From contig QNDR01000003.1 of assembly GCA_003646025.1 (NCBI GenBank), positions 1 through 59,299 of the forward strand: 59,299 nt of DNA, given 5' to 3'. Below, in pieces: positions 17,508-26,626 of the stretch (its first letter is position 1; each line of letters starts with the position of its first letter). A model generated the notes under the pieces. That model saw nothing but the letters and a program-made list of their open reading frames with translations, was not told where the DNA came from and ran no database searches. Source of the stretch: Candidatus Fermentibacterota bacterium (lineage in GTDB: Bacteria > Fermentibacterota > Fermentibacteria > Fermentibacterales > JCC-6). Both the position numbers and the translations under genes were made by a program.

Positions 17508-19515
17508 GAATAGACTGGGCGATGTTCTTCAAGTGATCACCGGCCCGTTCGCAGTAATCTATAAAATCCAGAATAGCAAGTCCGGTTAGATTGGAAACAC
17601 CGTAGGTAGCAAGTGAATTACCGTAGCCGTCTCTTGCTTCCTTCTCTATCTGGTTCATCCTGCCCTCAAGAATCAGAACTTTCTGAGCAGCCTTTAGATC
17701 GTGAGTTTCAAGAGCAGTTACCACCTGCTCCGTCATTCCCCTGAGAACCTCATAAGCCTCTCCGGCAGCGGTTGTAAGAGGTCCCTCGGAGTCGAGAATA
17801 TTACCCTCAACTCTGTGTCTTGCTTCAACCATGTTCACTGCGTGGTCTGAAACTCTTTCTATATCGTTGATGGTGTGCAGAACCACTGGAAGTGTCAGAC
17901 TCTGATCGTAAGAAAGATTTTCCTTGAACAGCTGTGACGCGTAGATAGTAAGATCTCTCTGCATATCATCCACTCTGTCTTCCATGAGCAGAATTTTCTT
18001 TGCTGAGTGTTTTCCACTGAGGAAATGCTGTGCAGCCAGACAGACACCTTTTCCGGAAATCCTGGCCATTTTGGTCATTTCACGGTTGATACTGTCCAGA
18101 GCCAGAACGGGAGTTGCAAGCAGGTTGGAGTCGAGAATGAGATCGGTTTCCGATGGATCTTCATCAGCCCCCGATGGAACAATAACCCTGCAAAGCTTTG
18201 TCAGAGCTGGAACAAGCGGAATAAACAACAGCACGTTAACCACATTGAACATGGTGTGTGCGTTTGCAACCTGTCTCATTGCGTCAGATGAAGTTCGCCT
18301 TACAAGCCTCATGAAAAAACCGTTCTCATCAAGGGCTAGAAGAGCAAAGTATACGGCACCTATTACATTGATAAGTGTGTGGGCCATCGCAGCCTGTTTT
18401 GCAGCCCTGTTGCTTCCAAGAGCCGCAAGCTGAGCTGTGATAGTGGTTCCGATATTGTCACCGAGTACAAGAAATATCGCGCCCTGAAGACCTATCAGCC
18501 CGGAACCAGCAAGGGTCATTGTCAAGCCGACTGTTGCACTGGAGCTCTGTACGAATACTGTAACAAGAGTTCCGGCAAGAATAGCCAGAATGGGATTTGA
18601 GCTGAATGTTGTGAAGAATTCCCTGACAGGAGTACTTCCACGAAGAGGTTTCATAATACCGCTCATTGTGGTCATACCCAGGAACAGAAGCCCCAGACCC
18701 ATTATCACCTTACCCCACATCTGTCTTTTTGTATTTTTAGAGAAAGCAGAAAGAGTAAAACCGATGGCAATCATGGGAAAAGCATACGCGGTTATCTTGA
18801 ACGCAATCAACTGACCTGTGATAGTGGTACCAATATTCGCTCCCAGAACCACTCCCACTGCCTGCTGAAGGGTCATAAGGGCGCTGTTTACAAAACCCAC
18901 GGTAATAACTGTAGTGGCACTGGAACTCTGAACAAGAGCTGTAACCAGAGCTCCGGCTGTTATTGCCATAAACCGGTTGGCTGTAAGGGTTCGAAGAATT
19001 GATTTCATTCTGTTACCGGCAACCTGCTGAAGATTTGTAGACATCATCTGCATACCCAGCAGAAACACCGCCAGGCCGCCTATGATCTGAAACACAATCG
19101 CACGAATATCCAGCGATACAAGGCTGAAAGATGTTGAGGCCGGTATTCCCCTGCTGTCTGTGACAGTGGCAGAAACCGTGATCTCACCCATTTTGCCCAG
19201 TTGCATGTTAACTCTGGCTATACCGTTCTCGTCTGTCTGCACCACAAGTCCGTCAGCAGAGTCTTCCTCGATGGTGTAGTATCCCCCAGATGGAACCAGC
19301 TCTCCATGCCCCCCTGAAACGGAAAAGTGCACCTGAATCCCGGCGATGGGATCTCCTGAAGATGCTGATGTGATCTCGACGGACAATGGAGTTTCCAGTT
19401 CTTCTCCAGAGTTACCGTAATCGGTGTACTCAAGAGATTTTACACTTAACTCGCACTGAGCCATCGACATAGAAGACAACAAAACAAGCAGGAAAAATAC
19501 ATATTTCAACGGCAC
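17467..19515 (-). CDS. Na/Pi cotransporter family protein with C-terminal PhoU-like domain and N-terminal Ig-like domain
   Basis: Duplicated QSSSAT..GANIGTT transporter repeats and C-terminal PhoU-like helices. The first ~130 aa are a signal peptide plus a beta-sandwich-like segment (VHFSVSGGHGEL...TDENGIARVNMQLGKMGEITVSATVTD). Confidence 0.8.
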   Translation of the reverse strand: MPLKYVFFLLVLLSSMSMAQCELSVKSLEYTDYGNSGEELETPLSVEITSASSGDPIAGIQVHFSVSGGHGELVPSGGYYTIEEDSADGLVVQTDENGIARVNMQLGKMGEITVSATVTDSRGIPASTSFSLVSLDIRAIVFQIIGGLAVFLLGMQMMSTNLQQVAGNRMKSILRTLTANRFMAITAGALVTALVQSSSATTVITVGFVNSALMTLQQAVGVVLGANIGTTITGQLIAFKITAYAFPMIAIGFTLSAFSKNTKRQMWGKVIMGLGLLFLGMTTMSGIMKPLRGSTPVREFFTTFSSNPILAILAGTLVTVFVQSSSATVGLTMTLAGSGLIGLQGAIFLVLGDNIGTTITAQLAALGSNRAAKQAAMAHTLINVIGAVYFALLALDENGFFMRLVRRTSSDAMRQVANAHTMFNVVNVLLFIPLVPALTKLCRVIVPSGADEDPSETDLILDSNLLATPVLALDSINREMTKMARISGKGVCLAAQHFLSGKHSAKKILLMEDRVDDMQRDLTIYASQLFKENLSYDQSLTLPVVLHTINDIERVSDHAVNMVEARHRVEGNILDSEGPLTTAAGEAYEVLRGMTEQVVTALETHDLKAAQKVLILEGRMNQIEKEARDGYGNSLATYGVSNLTGLAILDFIDYCERAGDHLKNIAQSILGGGIWHGQEPGE

Positions 19516-19600
19516 ACTCCCCTGTTTGATGCAAAAGTTTCTTCGTTGTTCATGAGAATGGAATCGGTGAGAATATAGTAAAAAAACAATCGTTCCGACG

Positions 19601-20536
19601 ATGTTGTTACAGCAGGTAAAATCCTGTTATTTTACAAAGATGAAATCAGCCATAACTCTTCTTGAAGCCATGCGTGTGAAGGCATGGACAAAGAATTTAT
19701 TTGTTTTTGCTGCCCTTCTTTTCGGCAGGGTGTGGTCATTTCCCGCTGTCAGGGAAACAATACTGGCTGCTCTTGGGTTCAGCTTTATTGCGTCTGCCAT
19801 TTATCTTATCAACGATTCGGTAGACCGTGAAAAGGATAAACTGCACCCGGAAAAACAGAGCAGACCTATTGCCTCCGGCAGATTAACTGTTCGTCGGGCT
19901 GTTGTTGTTGCTGCTGTTCTTATCACAGGAACCATGGCAGCAGCGTGGAGTATGGCTCCCTGGCTTGCCATTGTATACTCAGTCTACCTCGTGGAGCAGA
20001 TTGCCTATTCATTCGGTCTTAAAAAGGTAGTAATACTGGACTGCATACTGATAGCTCTTGGTTTTGTACTCAGAGCACTGGCCGGAGTTGCAGTTCTGTT
20101 CGACTCAGGTGAAACTATTTCTCTGTCTCCGTGGCTTGTTATCTGCACTTTTTTCCTGGCAACTCTGCTTGCCTTTGCAAAGAGAAGACACGAGCTTGTT
20201 TCCATGGGCGAAAATGCTCATGGTCACCGCAGCAATCTGAAAGATTACTCTGTTTCCCTTCTGGATCAGGTAATCGGAATAAGTGCGTCTGCAAGCATAA
20301 TCGGATATTCCATATACACAGTAAGTGACAGAACAGCGGAAGTTGTTTCCCCTTTTCTCTGGATTACCATACCGTTTGTTGCCTACGGAGTGTTCAGGTA
20401 TCTTTTTATCGTTTACAGCATGGGCCTGGGTGGAAGCCCTGATAAAGTTCTTGTCCGGGACACGCCGCTGAAGGTTGATCTTGTTCTCTGGGTGGCAGCT
20501 GTTGCAGCTGTTCTCGCTTTTGCTCCTGCCAGCTGA
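19601..20536 (+). CDS. UbiA-family prenyltransferase (decaprenyl-phosphate phosphoribosyltransferase-like)
   Basis: AMRVKAWTKNLFVFAALLF N-terminal motif and NDSVDREKD aspartate-rich motif; polytopic. An alternative start ATG at 19640 is equally plausible. Confidence 0.75.
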   Translation: MLLQQVKSCYFTKMKSAITLLEAMRVKAWTKNLFVFAALLFGRVWSFPAVRETILAALGFSFIASAIYLINDSVDREKDKLHPEKQSRPIASGRLTVRRAVVVAAVLITGTMAAAWSMAPWLAIVYSVYLVEQIAYSFGLKKVVILDCILIALGFVLRALAGVAVLFDSGETISLSPWLVICTFFLATLLAFAKRRHELVSMGENAHGHRSNLKDYSVSLLDQVIGISASASIIGYSIYTVSDRTAEVVSPFLWITIPFVAYGVFRYLFIVYSMGLGGSPDKVLVRDTPLKVDLVLWVAAVAAVLAFAPAS

Positions 20537-21399
20537 TGCGGCAACTTCTGGTTGAAGCCCCGGCAAAGCTTAACCTGGGGCTTGAGATCACCGGAATTCG
20601 TTCCGATGGATTTCATGAGCTGAAAAGTATTTTTTCTACAGTATCTCTTTCTGATTCGCTGACTGTATCCGTGGATCCGGGAGTTTCAGGGATAAAACTG
20701 CAATGCTCGGGTGTTGCGTCACCAGACAACAAAACCAATCTTGTCTGGATGGCGGCAGAGGCTTTTCTGAAAGCAGCAGGGATATCTGAAAATACGGCGG
20801 TTACCGTGTCTCTGCACAAGAACATTCCATCACCGGGAGGGCTTGGAGGGGGCAGCAGTGATGCCGCGGCTGTTCTTCTTGCCCTTCAGAAACTTACAGA
20901 AACAAGAATTGATCTGGCATCCCTTGGAGAAAGCCTTGGCAGCGATGTGCCTTTTTTTCTGCTGCAGACTGAAACTGCCTTCGTTACTGGAAGAGGAGAA
21001 ATACTGGAACCGGTAAAACTGCCGGATTTTCACTGTGTTCTTGTTCATTCCGGAGAAAACATACCAACACCGCTTGCCTACAAACTGTGGGATGACAATG
21101 CAGGGGACTTGACAGAGGCATGCCGCATAAGCAATTATACCGCCCGGAAATTTGGAGCTTGGCATGAGGGTAAACCTTTCCCTGTCAAACTTGACAACCA
21201 GTTCCTGCCCCTTCTCCGAAGCCGTTACAGAGGTATCGACCTTGCGGCTGAGGAGCTTTCCCGTCTGACGGTTAACTGGGGGCTCAGTGGCTCCGGACCT
21301 GTACTCTACGCACTGTTCAGGTCTGGTGAGGAAGCAAAGGACGCGGAGGAGTATCTCGCCGGGAAATTCCCGTGGGTACTGCGCTGTCAATCGAGATAG
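20536..21399 (+). CDS. ispE: 4-diphosphocytidyl-2-C-methyl-D-erythritol kinase
   Basis: APAKLNLGLEI...R.DGFHEL and the GHMP-kinase loop PSPGGLGGGSSDAAA. 1-nt overlap with the upstream stop. Confidence 0.9.
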   Translation: MRQLLVEAPAKLNLGLEITGIRSDGFHELKSIFSTVSLSDSLTVSVDPGVSGIKLQCSGVASPDNKTNLVWMAAEAFLKAAGISENTAVTVSLHKNIPSPGGLGGGSSDAAAVLLALQKLTETRIDLASLGESLGSDVPFFLLQTETAFVTGRGEILEPVKLPDFHCVLVHSGENIPTPLAYKLWDDNAGDLTEACRISNYTARKFGAWHEGKPFPVKLDNQFLPLLRSRYRGIDLAAEELSRLTVNWGLSGSGPVLYALFRSGEEAKDAEEYLAGKFPWVLRCQSR

Positions 21400-21408
21400 A
21401 TTTGGAAT

Positions 21409-21483
21409 TGGGGCGTCGTCAAATGGCAAGACACAGGGTTTTGGTCCCTGCATTTGGAGGTTCGAATCCTCCCGCCCCAGCCA
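21409..21483 (+). tRNA. tRNA-Gln (anticodon UUG), CCA encoded
   Basis: Hand-folded cloverleaf. Acceptor TGGGGCG/CGCCCCA, anticodon stem CAGGG/CCCTG with loop TTTTGGT (anticodon TTG at 21441..21443). T arm GGAGG-TTCGAAT-CCTCC, discriminator G, then CCA. The U1-A72 pair matches bacterial tRNA-Gln. Confidence 0.9.
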
Positions 21484-21513
21484 GCTTTACCGTCAGAAAC
21501 GAAAGGAATAGTA

Positions 21514-22152
21514 ATGCCGATCCAGTTAGTAATGGAGAAGAGATTTAAACTTGGATCCAGAGAGTCCAGAAGACTCCGGCGAACAGCCAGCATCCCTGGA
21601 ATCGTATACGGACAAGGCGCTGATGTCGCAGTAAAAATTGATCTTTCTGAATTCATGTCAAAGATCGGTTTCTCCAGGTCACTTGGTATTGTTGAGCTTG
21701 ATATTGAGGGTAATGTTGTTAAGAGCATTATCAAAGAGGTTCAGTGGGATACACTTACAGATAAACCTCTGCACCTTGATTTCCAGCAGGTTTCAGACAA
21801 TCAGCTGGTTCTTGTACCTGTTCCGGTTAAGCTTTCCGGAATTCCAGTGGGCGTGTCCATCGACGGTGGAATCCTCGACCACACAATGCATGAACTGGAA
21901 GTTACCGTTAAGGCTGTAGACATCCCATCTGAAATCACATTTGATGTGACGGAACTTCATCTTGGCGACAGACTCCACCTCTCTGATGTTGATCTTCCAG
22001 AGGGTCTTGCGGTAGATCTCGCTTTCGATCCGGTCATCGCAAGCGTTATCGCGCCAAAGGCTCTGCTGGTTAAAGAAGAAGAAGAGGAAGAAGCCGAAGA
22101 AGGAACCGAGGAAGAAGCTGCAGAGGGTACCGAAGCACCTTCCGAGGAATAG
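21514..22152 (+). CDS. rplY: 50S ribosomal protein L25/general stress protein Ctc
   Basis: RESRRLRRTASIPGIVYG N-terminal motif and an acidic C-terminal tail. Start at ATG 21514 behind AAAGGAA; the ORF-track start at 21454 lies inside the tRNA. Confidence 0.85.
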   Translation: MPIQLVMEKRFKLGSRESRRLRRTASIPGIVYGQGADVAVKIDLSEFMSKIGFSRSLGIVELDIEGNVVKSIIKEVQWDTLTDKPLHLDFQQVSDNQLVLVPVPVKLSGIPVGVSIDGGILDHTMHELEVTVKAVDIPSEITFDVTELHLGDRLHLSDVDLPEGLAVDLAFDPVIASVIAPKALLVKEEEEEEAEEGTEEEAAEGTEAPSEE

Positions 22153-22155
22153 GAT

Positions 22156-22731
22156 ATGTGTACTTCAGATTCTGGGATCAGCATAATACTGTGCCTGGGA
22201 AATCCAGGTCTGAAGTACGCTCTTACATGGCACAACGCCGGTTTCTGGGTGGCAGATATTCTTGCCAGGGAAGCCGGCGTTTCCTTCAAAAGAGCCGGGG
22301 CGTTTGAAATAGCTTACCTTCCTGGTGGAGTACACCTGGTTAAACCATCTGTATACATGAATGAAAGCGGCAGATCTGCCGGTGCAATCCTTACTGCAAA
22401 ACAGGTACCCCCGGAGAACATGCTTGTGGTCTGCGATGATGTTAACATCCCGCTGGGAAGTCTGCGGTTGCGTAAAAACGGCTCTTCCGGGGGCCAGAAC
22501 GGGCTGAAAAATGTGATCGACGTTCTCAAAACGCAGGAATTCCCCAGGCTTAGAATTGGAATTGGGCCAAAACCGGAAAAAATGGATCTGGCAAAGTTTG
22601 TCCTGAAAAAAGTTCCGAAGGCAAATCAGGAACTGGCTTCCGTTGTTGCACACAGGGCAGCAGACTGTGTTCTTGAAACAGTAAACAACGGTGTTGAAGC
22701 CGCACAGGCAATTTACAACGGTCAGATCTAA
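22156..22731 (+). CDS. pth: Peptidyl-tRNA hydrolase
   Basis: LGNPGLKYALTWHNAGF motif; conserved ctc-pth pairing. Confidence 0.9.
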   Translation: MCTSDSGISIILCLGNPGLKYALTWHNAGFWVADILAREAGVSFKRAGAFEIAYLPGGVHLVKPSVYMNESGRSAGAILTAKQVPPENMLVVCDDVNIPLGSLRLRKNGSSGGQNGLKNVIDVLKTQEFPRLRIGIGPKPEKMDLAKFVLKKVPKANQELASVVAHRAADCVLETVNNGVEAAQAIYNGQI

Positions 22732-22751
22732 CTGCATCAGGGTTAACAGTT

Positions 22752-22779
22752 GAGGCACCGCCTTTACAGGTGGTGCCTC
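22752..22779. terminator. Hairpin between convergent genes (possible bidirectional terminator)
   Basis: GAGGCACCGCC (22752..22762), loop TTTACA, GGTGGTGCCTC (22769..22779). 11 bp including one G-U pair. No clear U-tract on either strand. Confidence 0.35.
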
Positions 22780-22802
22780 TCTGCTGATATGGAAACACGA
22801 AG

Positions 22803-24398
22803 CTACTGAGTAGCAGCAATCAACCCGAAGAAAGCGAAACCTGTGGCAACGGCATCGCTTCCATCCATAACCATTTCTCCAGACATGACTCCGTCGGTGT
22901 AGTTTCCGTCCCATCTGATGATCACATCAGAACCGATCTCAGGTATATCCATTCCGTGGGGACTCATAGCCATGATCAAGTTAATGTAACCTGCGAGACT
23001 GATTTCTCCAGCAAACTCCCCATCTGATTCAAGCTCGGCGGGAGTGTAATCACCGGAGACAATGGATAACAGGATATCAGGCTGTGGTGCCATTTCCAGA
23101 AAAAGAGCACCATTGTGAACTGTTAACCAGTATTCGAATTCCATAGATTCCGTTGAATCTGAAGCTATGGTCATTGACATGGAGTAGAAGTCTGTTCCAT
23201 CTATGTCAATCACACCATTATCCTGAACAGTAAAGAAACTACCAAAATCTGTGTTCTCACTCATGGCAGAAACGAACAGATCAAGATATTCAGCGTACAA
23301 CCGGGCTACATCTTCTATTGCAATTTCCTCTTCCATCTGATACGCAGCCACAACATGGAAGAAGCTGTCGTTGTAGATTGATACAGCACCGTTTGAAGCC
23401 ATTGACGCCCAGAACTGCAGCATTTCCTCGTCTGCTTCTGAAATGAAAACCTCTGTAAATGCCTTTGAAATATCAAAAGCCAATTCACCGGGCATCTGAA
23501 CTCGAACGGTTGCTACATCTCCGCTGGTTATTGAACCAAGCATATCCTGGTCCTGCTGGTCCATGGACATTCCTGCAAGATATGTGTCGGGAAGAAAACT
23601 GATCTTCTTTCTTGCAACAAAGTCTTCCTCTCCGGTGGTAAGGGTCAGCTCCAGCAAGTCGGCCTGTGTAAGAAATACCTCAATCCCATCCATGTATACA
23701 TCCATCATTGCAGAAACAAAGTAGGGCATTGTTGTATCTGCTGCCATTCCCTGGTTGATCATCATTCTGGCCATTGGCATCTGAGCCACAGCCATGGGGC
23801 CTATCATGGAAAGGTTGAACTGCATGAACAGACTGGTCTCCGGTACATGTACAGAAACATCTGAAGAAAGACCGGAAATCAATGTTCCAAGCTTCTCTGT
23901 GGACATGGCCATCAGGGCTACTCCGTTCACACCGGCCATATACATGGTTCCCTCTTCAGCCTGCATGGAGTAAACAGTTGAGCCGTTAACAGGATCTTCA
24001 TCGGAGAACTCAACACCCATTTCTTCCAGCAGTGAGATGAACAGAGGAAAATCAGGTGCAGAAACGGCCATGGCCATACTCTGAGGCATGGCGCTTTCCA
24101 TCCAGAAAGCGATCTGACCGGAAGGATTGAACCCGTATCTTACCTGTAATGAATCCAGTGAAGGCACTTCAAGCTGCCCGCATATAATATTCTCAAGCAG
24201 TTTCTCTCCCAGTATAGGAGCACCCTCTTCAATGTATCCATCTATGTTTCTCACCATTCCTGCCGGATCATTCAGAACAATTGATATCATGGCTCTTTCC
24301 GGAATAACAGAAAGAGGGCTGGCCACCTCAACAGGGCCTGTACCGCAGGCCGCGAGCACAAGTGCGGCGGATAAAGCTGGAAGCAATAATCGTTTCAT
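22803..24398 (-). CDS. Methionine-rich lipoprotein, function unknown
   Basis: Signal peptide with lipobox LAAC-G. By my count 43 Met in 531 aa. Hydrophobic C-terminal tail GFAFFGLIAATQ. No family recognised. Confidence 0.7.
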   Translation of the reverse strand: MKRLLLPALSAALVLAACGTGPVEVASPLSVIPERAMISIVLNDPAGMVRNIDGYIEEGAPILGEKLLENIICGQLEVPSLDSLQVRYGFNPSGQIAFWMESAMPQSMAMAVSAPDFPLFISLLEEMGVEFSDEDPVNGSTVYSMQAEEGTMYMAGVNGVALMAMSTEKLGTLISGLSSDVSVHVPETSLFMQFNLSMIGPMAVAQMPMARMMINQGMAADTTMPYFVSAMMDVYMDGIEVFLTQADLLELTLTTGEEDFVARKKISFLPDTYLAGMSMDQQDQDMLGSITSGDVATVRVQMPGELAFDISKAFTEVFISEADEEMLQFWASMASNGAVSIYNDSFFHVVAAYQMEEEIAIEDVARLYAEYLDLFVSAMSENTDFGSFFTVQDNGVIDIDGTDFYSMSMTIASDSTESMEFEYWLTVHNGALFLEMAPQPDILLSIVSGDYTPAELESDGEFAGEISLAGYINLIMAMSPHGMDIPEIGSDVIIRWDGNYTDGVMSGEMVMDGSDAVATGFAFFGLIAATQ

Positions 24399-24517
24399 TC
24401 CTTCTCCCTTCAGACATAGTTAAACTCCTACCTGCCATAGTTTAATCAATCCGGCACACTCTTGTCAAAAAACAGACACTTTGACTCAAGGGTTACACAT
24501 ACATTAGAATTACGATT

Positions 24518-25312
24518 ATGGGTAATACTTTTGATCTTTTCAGCGGAATTACAGGCGACTCGGTGCGCATATTGTTTCTGGACACGGAAACAACCGGTGC
24601 CGATCCTGCGACGGCAGAAGTGTGTGAGGTCGCGTTTCTGCTTGCGGAGTACAGCGGGTTTACTTTCACCGGAGAAAAACAGGTATTCGAAAGCCTTGTA
24701 AAACCCTCGATTCCCATTCCTCCTGAAGCATCCGCGGTAAACCAGATTAGCAACAGAATGGTAGAAAATTCTCCAGCTGCAGAAGAGATTACAGAACAGA
24801 TCACAAAGCTTGCAGAGCAGGCAGACTATATATCTGCCCACAACCTCCCCTACGATCACGAGATTCTCACCCGACAGTACCCCTCCGTGTTTAAACGATT
24901 CGACAAAACCACGCAGATAGATACCCTCAGGCTTTCAAGGCAGATATGGCAGGAGATTCCCTCCCATGCCCTTCAGGCTTTGAGGTACAGGTTTGATCTG
25001 GATCGGAACATCCAGGGCGATGCCCACAGAGCACTGTTTGACACAGAACTTGTTCAGTCTCTTCTTCACTTCTCTCTGGAACAGGAAAACTGTCTTGATC
25101 TTCACAACGACTGGAATGCTCTGGTTGATTTTATCTTCTCTCCCCTTGAGGTCAGAATTTTTACCTTCGGGAAGTACAGAGGAACACTTGTTGAAGATAC
25201 CGTTGCCCGCGACCCCGATTACATCCGGTGGCTGCTTAAGCAGAAATGGCTTCCTGAAGAGCATCCGGATCTTTACCACACAATTCTAACCAAAACAGGG
25301 GCTGGCAAATGA
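24518..25312 (+). CDS. DnaQ-like 3'-5' exonuclease with C-terminal KYRG/DUF3820-like domain
   Basis: DEDDh motifs: exo I ILFLDTETTGADP, AHNLPYDHEIL, and H...D near GDAHRALFD. C-terminal FGKYRGTLVEDTVARDPDYIRWL. Confidence 0.8.
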   Translation: MGNTFDLFSGITGDSVRILFLDTETTGADPATAEVCEVAFLLAEYSGFTFTGEKQVFESLVKPSIPIPPEASAVNQISNRMVENSPAAEEITEQITKLAEQADYISAHNLPYDHEILTRQYPSVFKRFDKTTQIDTLRLSRQIWQEIPSHALQALRYRFDLDRNIQGDAHRALFDTELVQSLLHFSLEQENCLDLHNDWNALVDFIFSPLEVRIFTFGKYRGTLVEDTVARDPDYIRWLLKQKWLPEEHPDLYHTILTKTGAGK

Positions 25313-26625
25313 CATCGTCCGGCAGCTGGCTGGTTGAGGGTGGAAACACACTTAACGGCGTTCTCGTACCCTCCGGCAGCAAAAATGCTGCGCTGCCCAT
25401 TCTTGCTGCGACACTGCTCACCGACCAGCCTGTCACTCTGCACAACTGCCCGGACATAAGAGATGTAAGAGCTATGATGGGTCTGCTTCAGGATCTGGGG
25501 GCTGATGTAGAGAAAACCGCCGATCCGCACAGCGTTGGTGTTACCGCATCAGAAATCACCTTAAAGCATTTCAATGAAAGCCTTTCAAAGGCAATAAGGG
25601 CGTCAATTCTGCTCGCTGGCCCTCTGGTTGCAAGAACAGGCTCTGTGGAGCTGCCCCCTCCTGGCGGTGATGTAATTGGACGCCGGCGGCTCGACACACA
25701 CTTTCTTGTTCTGGAGATGCTGGGAGCTCATGTATCCTTCAACGGCAGATTGATAAAAGTTGAAGCAAAGAACGGGCTGAAGGGCACCGATATTTATCTT
25801 GATGAGCCAAGCGTTACTGCTACAGAAAATGCCGTTATGGCAGCTTCAATCGCCAGGGGGACCTCGGTAATACACAACGCTGCATGTGAGCCCAACGTCC
25901 AGGATCTTGTTGTCATGCTCCGCAGTATGGGAGCAGACATCATTGGAGAAGGAACCAACAGAATAACGGTTAACGGCACCGGAGAGCTGCTTCATGGTAC
26001 AACCCATACAATATCTCCAGATCACATCGAGATCGGCAGCTTTATAGGTCTCGCTGCCTGCTGCCGTGGCCGCGTTGAAATTCCGGGAGTTCCGGAATAC
26101 ATCATCAGACCAACGGTTACAGGGCTGGGCAGGCTGGGAGTTGAAGTTCAGTATGAAAACAACACTCTCGTTGTTCCGGCGAATCAGGAACTTGTTGTTA
26201 AACCAGACAGAAGCGGCGGTATTCCTTCTATCTACGATTCACCCTGGCCGGGTTTTTCGCCGGACTTAACCAGTACAGCCGTTGTTGTAGCCACACAGGC
26301 AAGAGGCACCAGCCTTATCTTTGAAAAAATGTTTGAGTCCAGAATGTTTTTTGTGGATAAACTCTCTGCTATGGGAGCATCGCTTGTTCTGTGTGACCCC
26401 CACAGGGTTGTGGTATCCGGACCATCGAAGCTTGTTGGAACACAAGTTTCAAGCCCGGATATAAGAGCTGGAATGGCTCTTCTCACTGCTGCTCTGTGTG
26501 CCACCGGTGATAGTGTTATCCATAATGTGCACCAGATCGAAAGAGGATACGAAAATATCGTTCCCAGGCTTAACAGCCTTGGCGCCAGAATTACCCCTCT
26601 CAGCAACGGAAAGCTGGGCATGTAA
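25309..26625 (+). CDS. murA: UDP-N-acetylglucosamine 1-carboxyvinyltransferase
   Basis: SGSKNAALPILAA (Lys22 equivalent) and overall EPSP-synthase-fold MurA pattern. The active-site loop reads PPPGGDVIGRRRLDTH, with Asp where E. coli has Cys115. ATGA overlap with the upstream gene. Confidence 0.9.
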   Translation: MTSSGSWLVEGGNTLNGVLVPSGSKNAALPILAATLLTDQPVTLHNCPDIRDVRAMMGLLQDLGADVEKTADPHSVGVTASEITLKHFNESLSKAIRASILLAGPLVARTGSVELPPPGGDVIGRRRLDTHFLVLEMLGAHVSFNGRLIKVEAKNGLKGTDIYLDEPSVTATENAVMAASIARGTSVIHNAACEPNVQDLVVMLRSMGADIIGEGTNRITVNGTGELLHGTTHTISPDHIEIGSFIGLAACCRGRVEIPGVPEYIIRPTVTGLGRLGVEVQYENNTLVVPANQELVVKPDRSGGIPSIYDSPWPGFSPDLTSTAVVVATQARGTSLIFEKMFESRMFFVDKLSAMGASLVLCDPHRVVVSGPSKLVGTQVSSPDIRAGMALLTAALCATGDSVIHNVHQIERGYENIVPRLNSLGARITPLSNGKLGM

Positions 26626-26626
26626 A

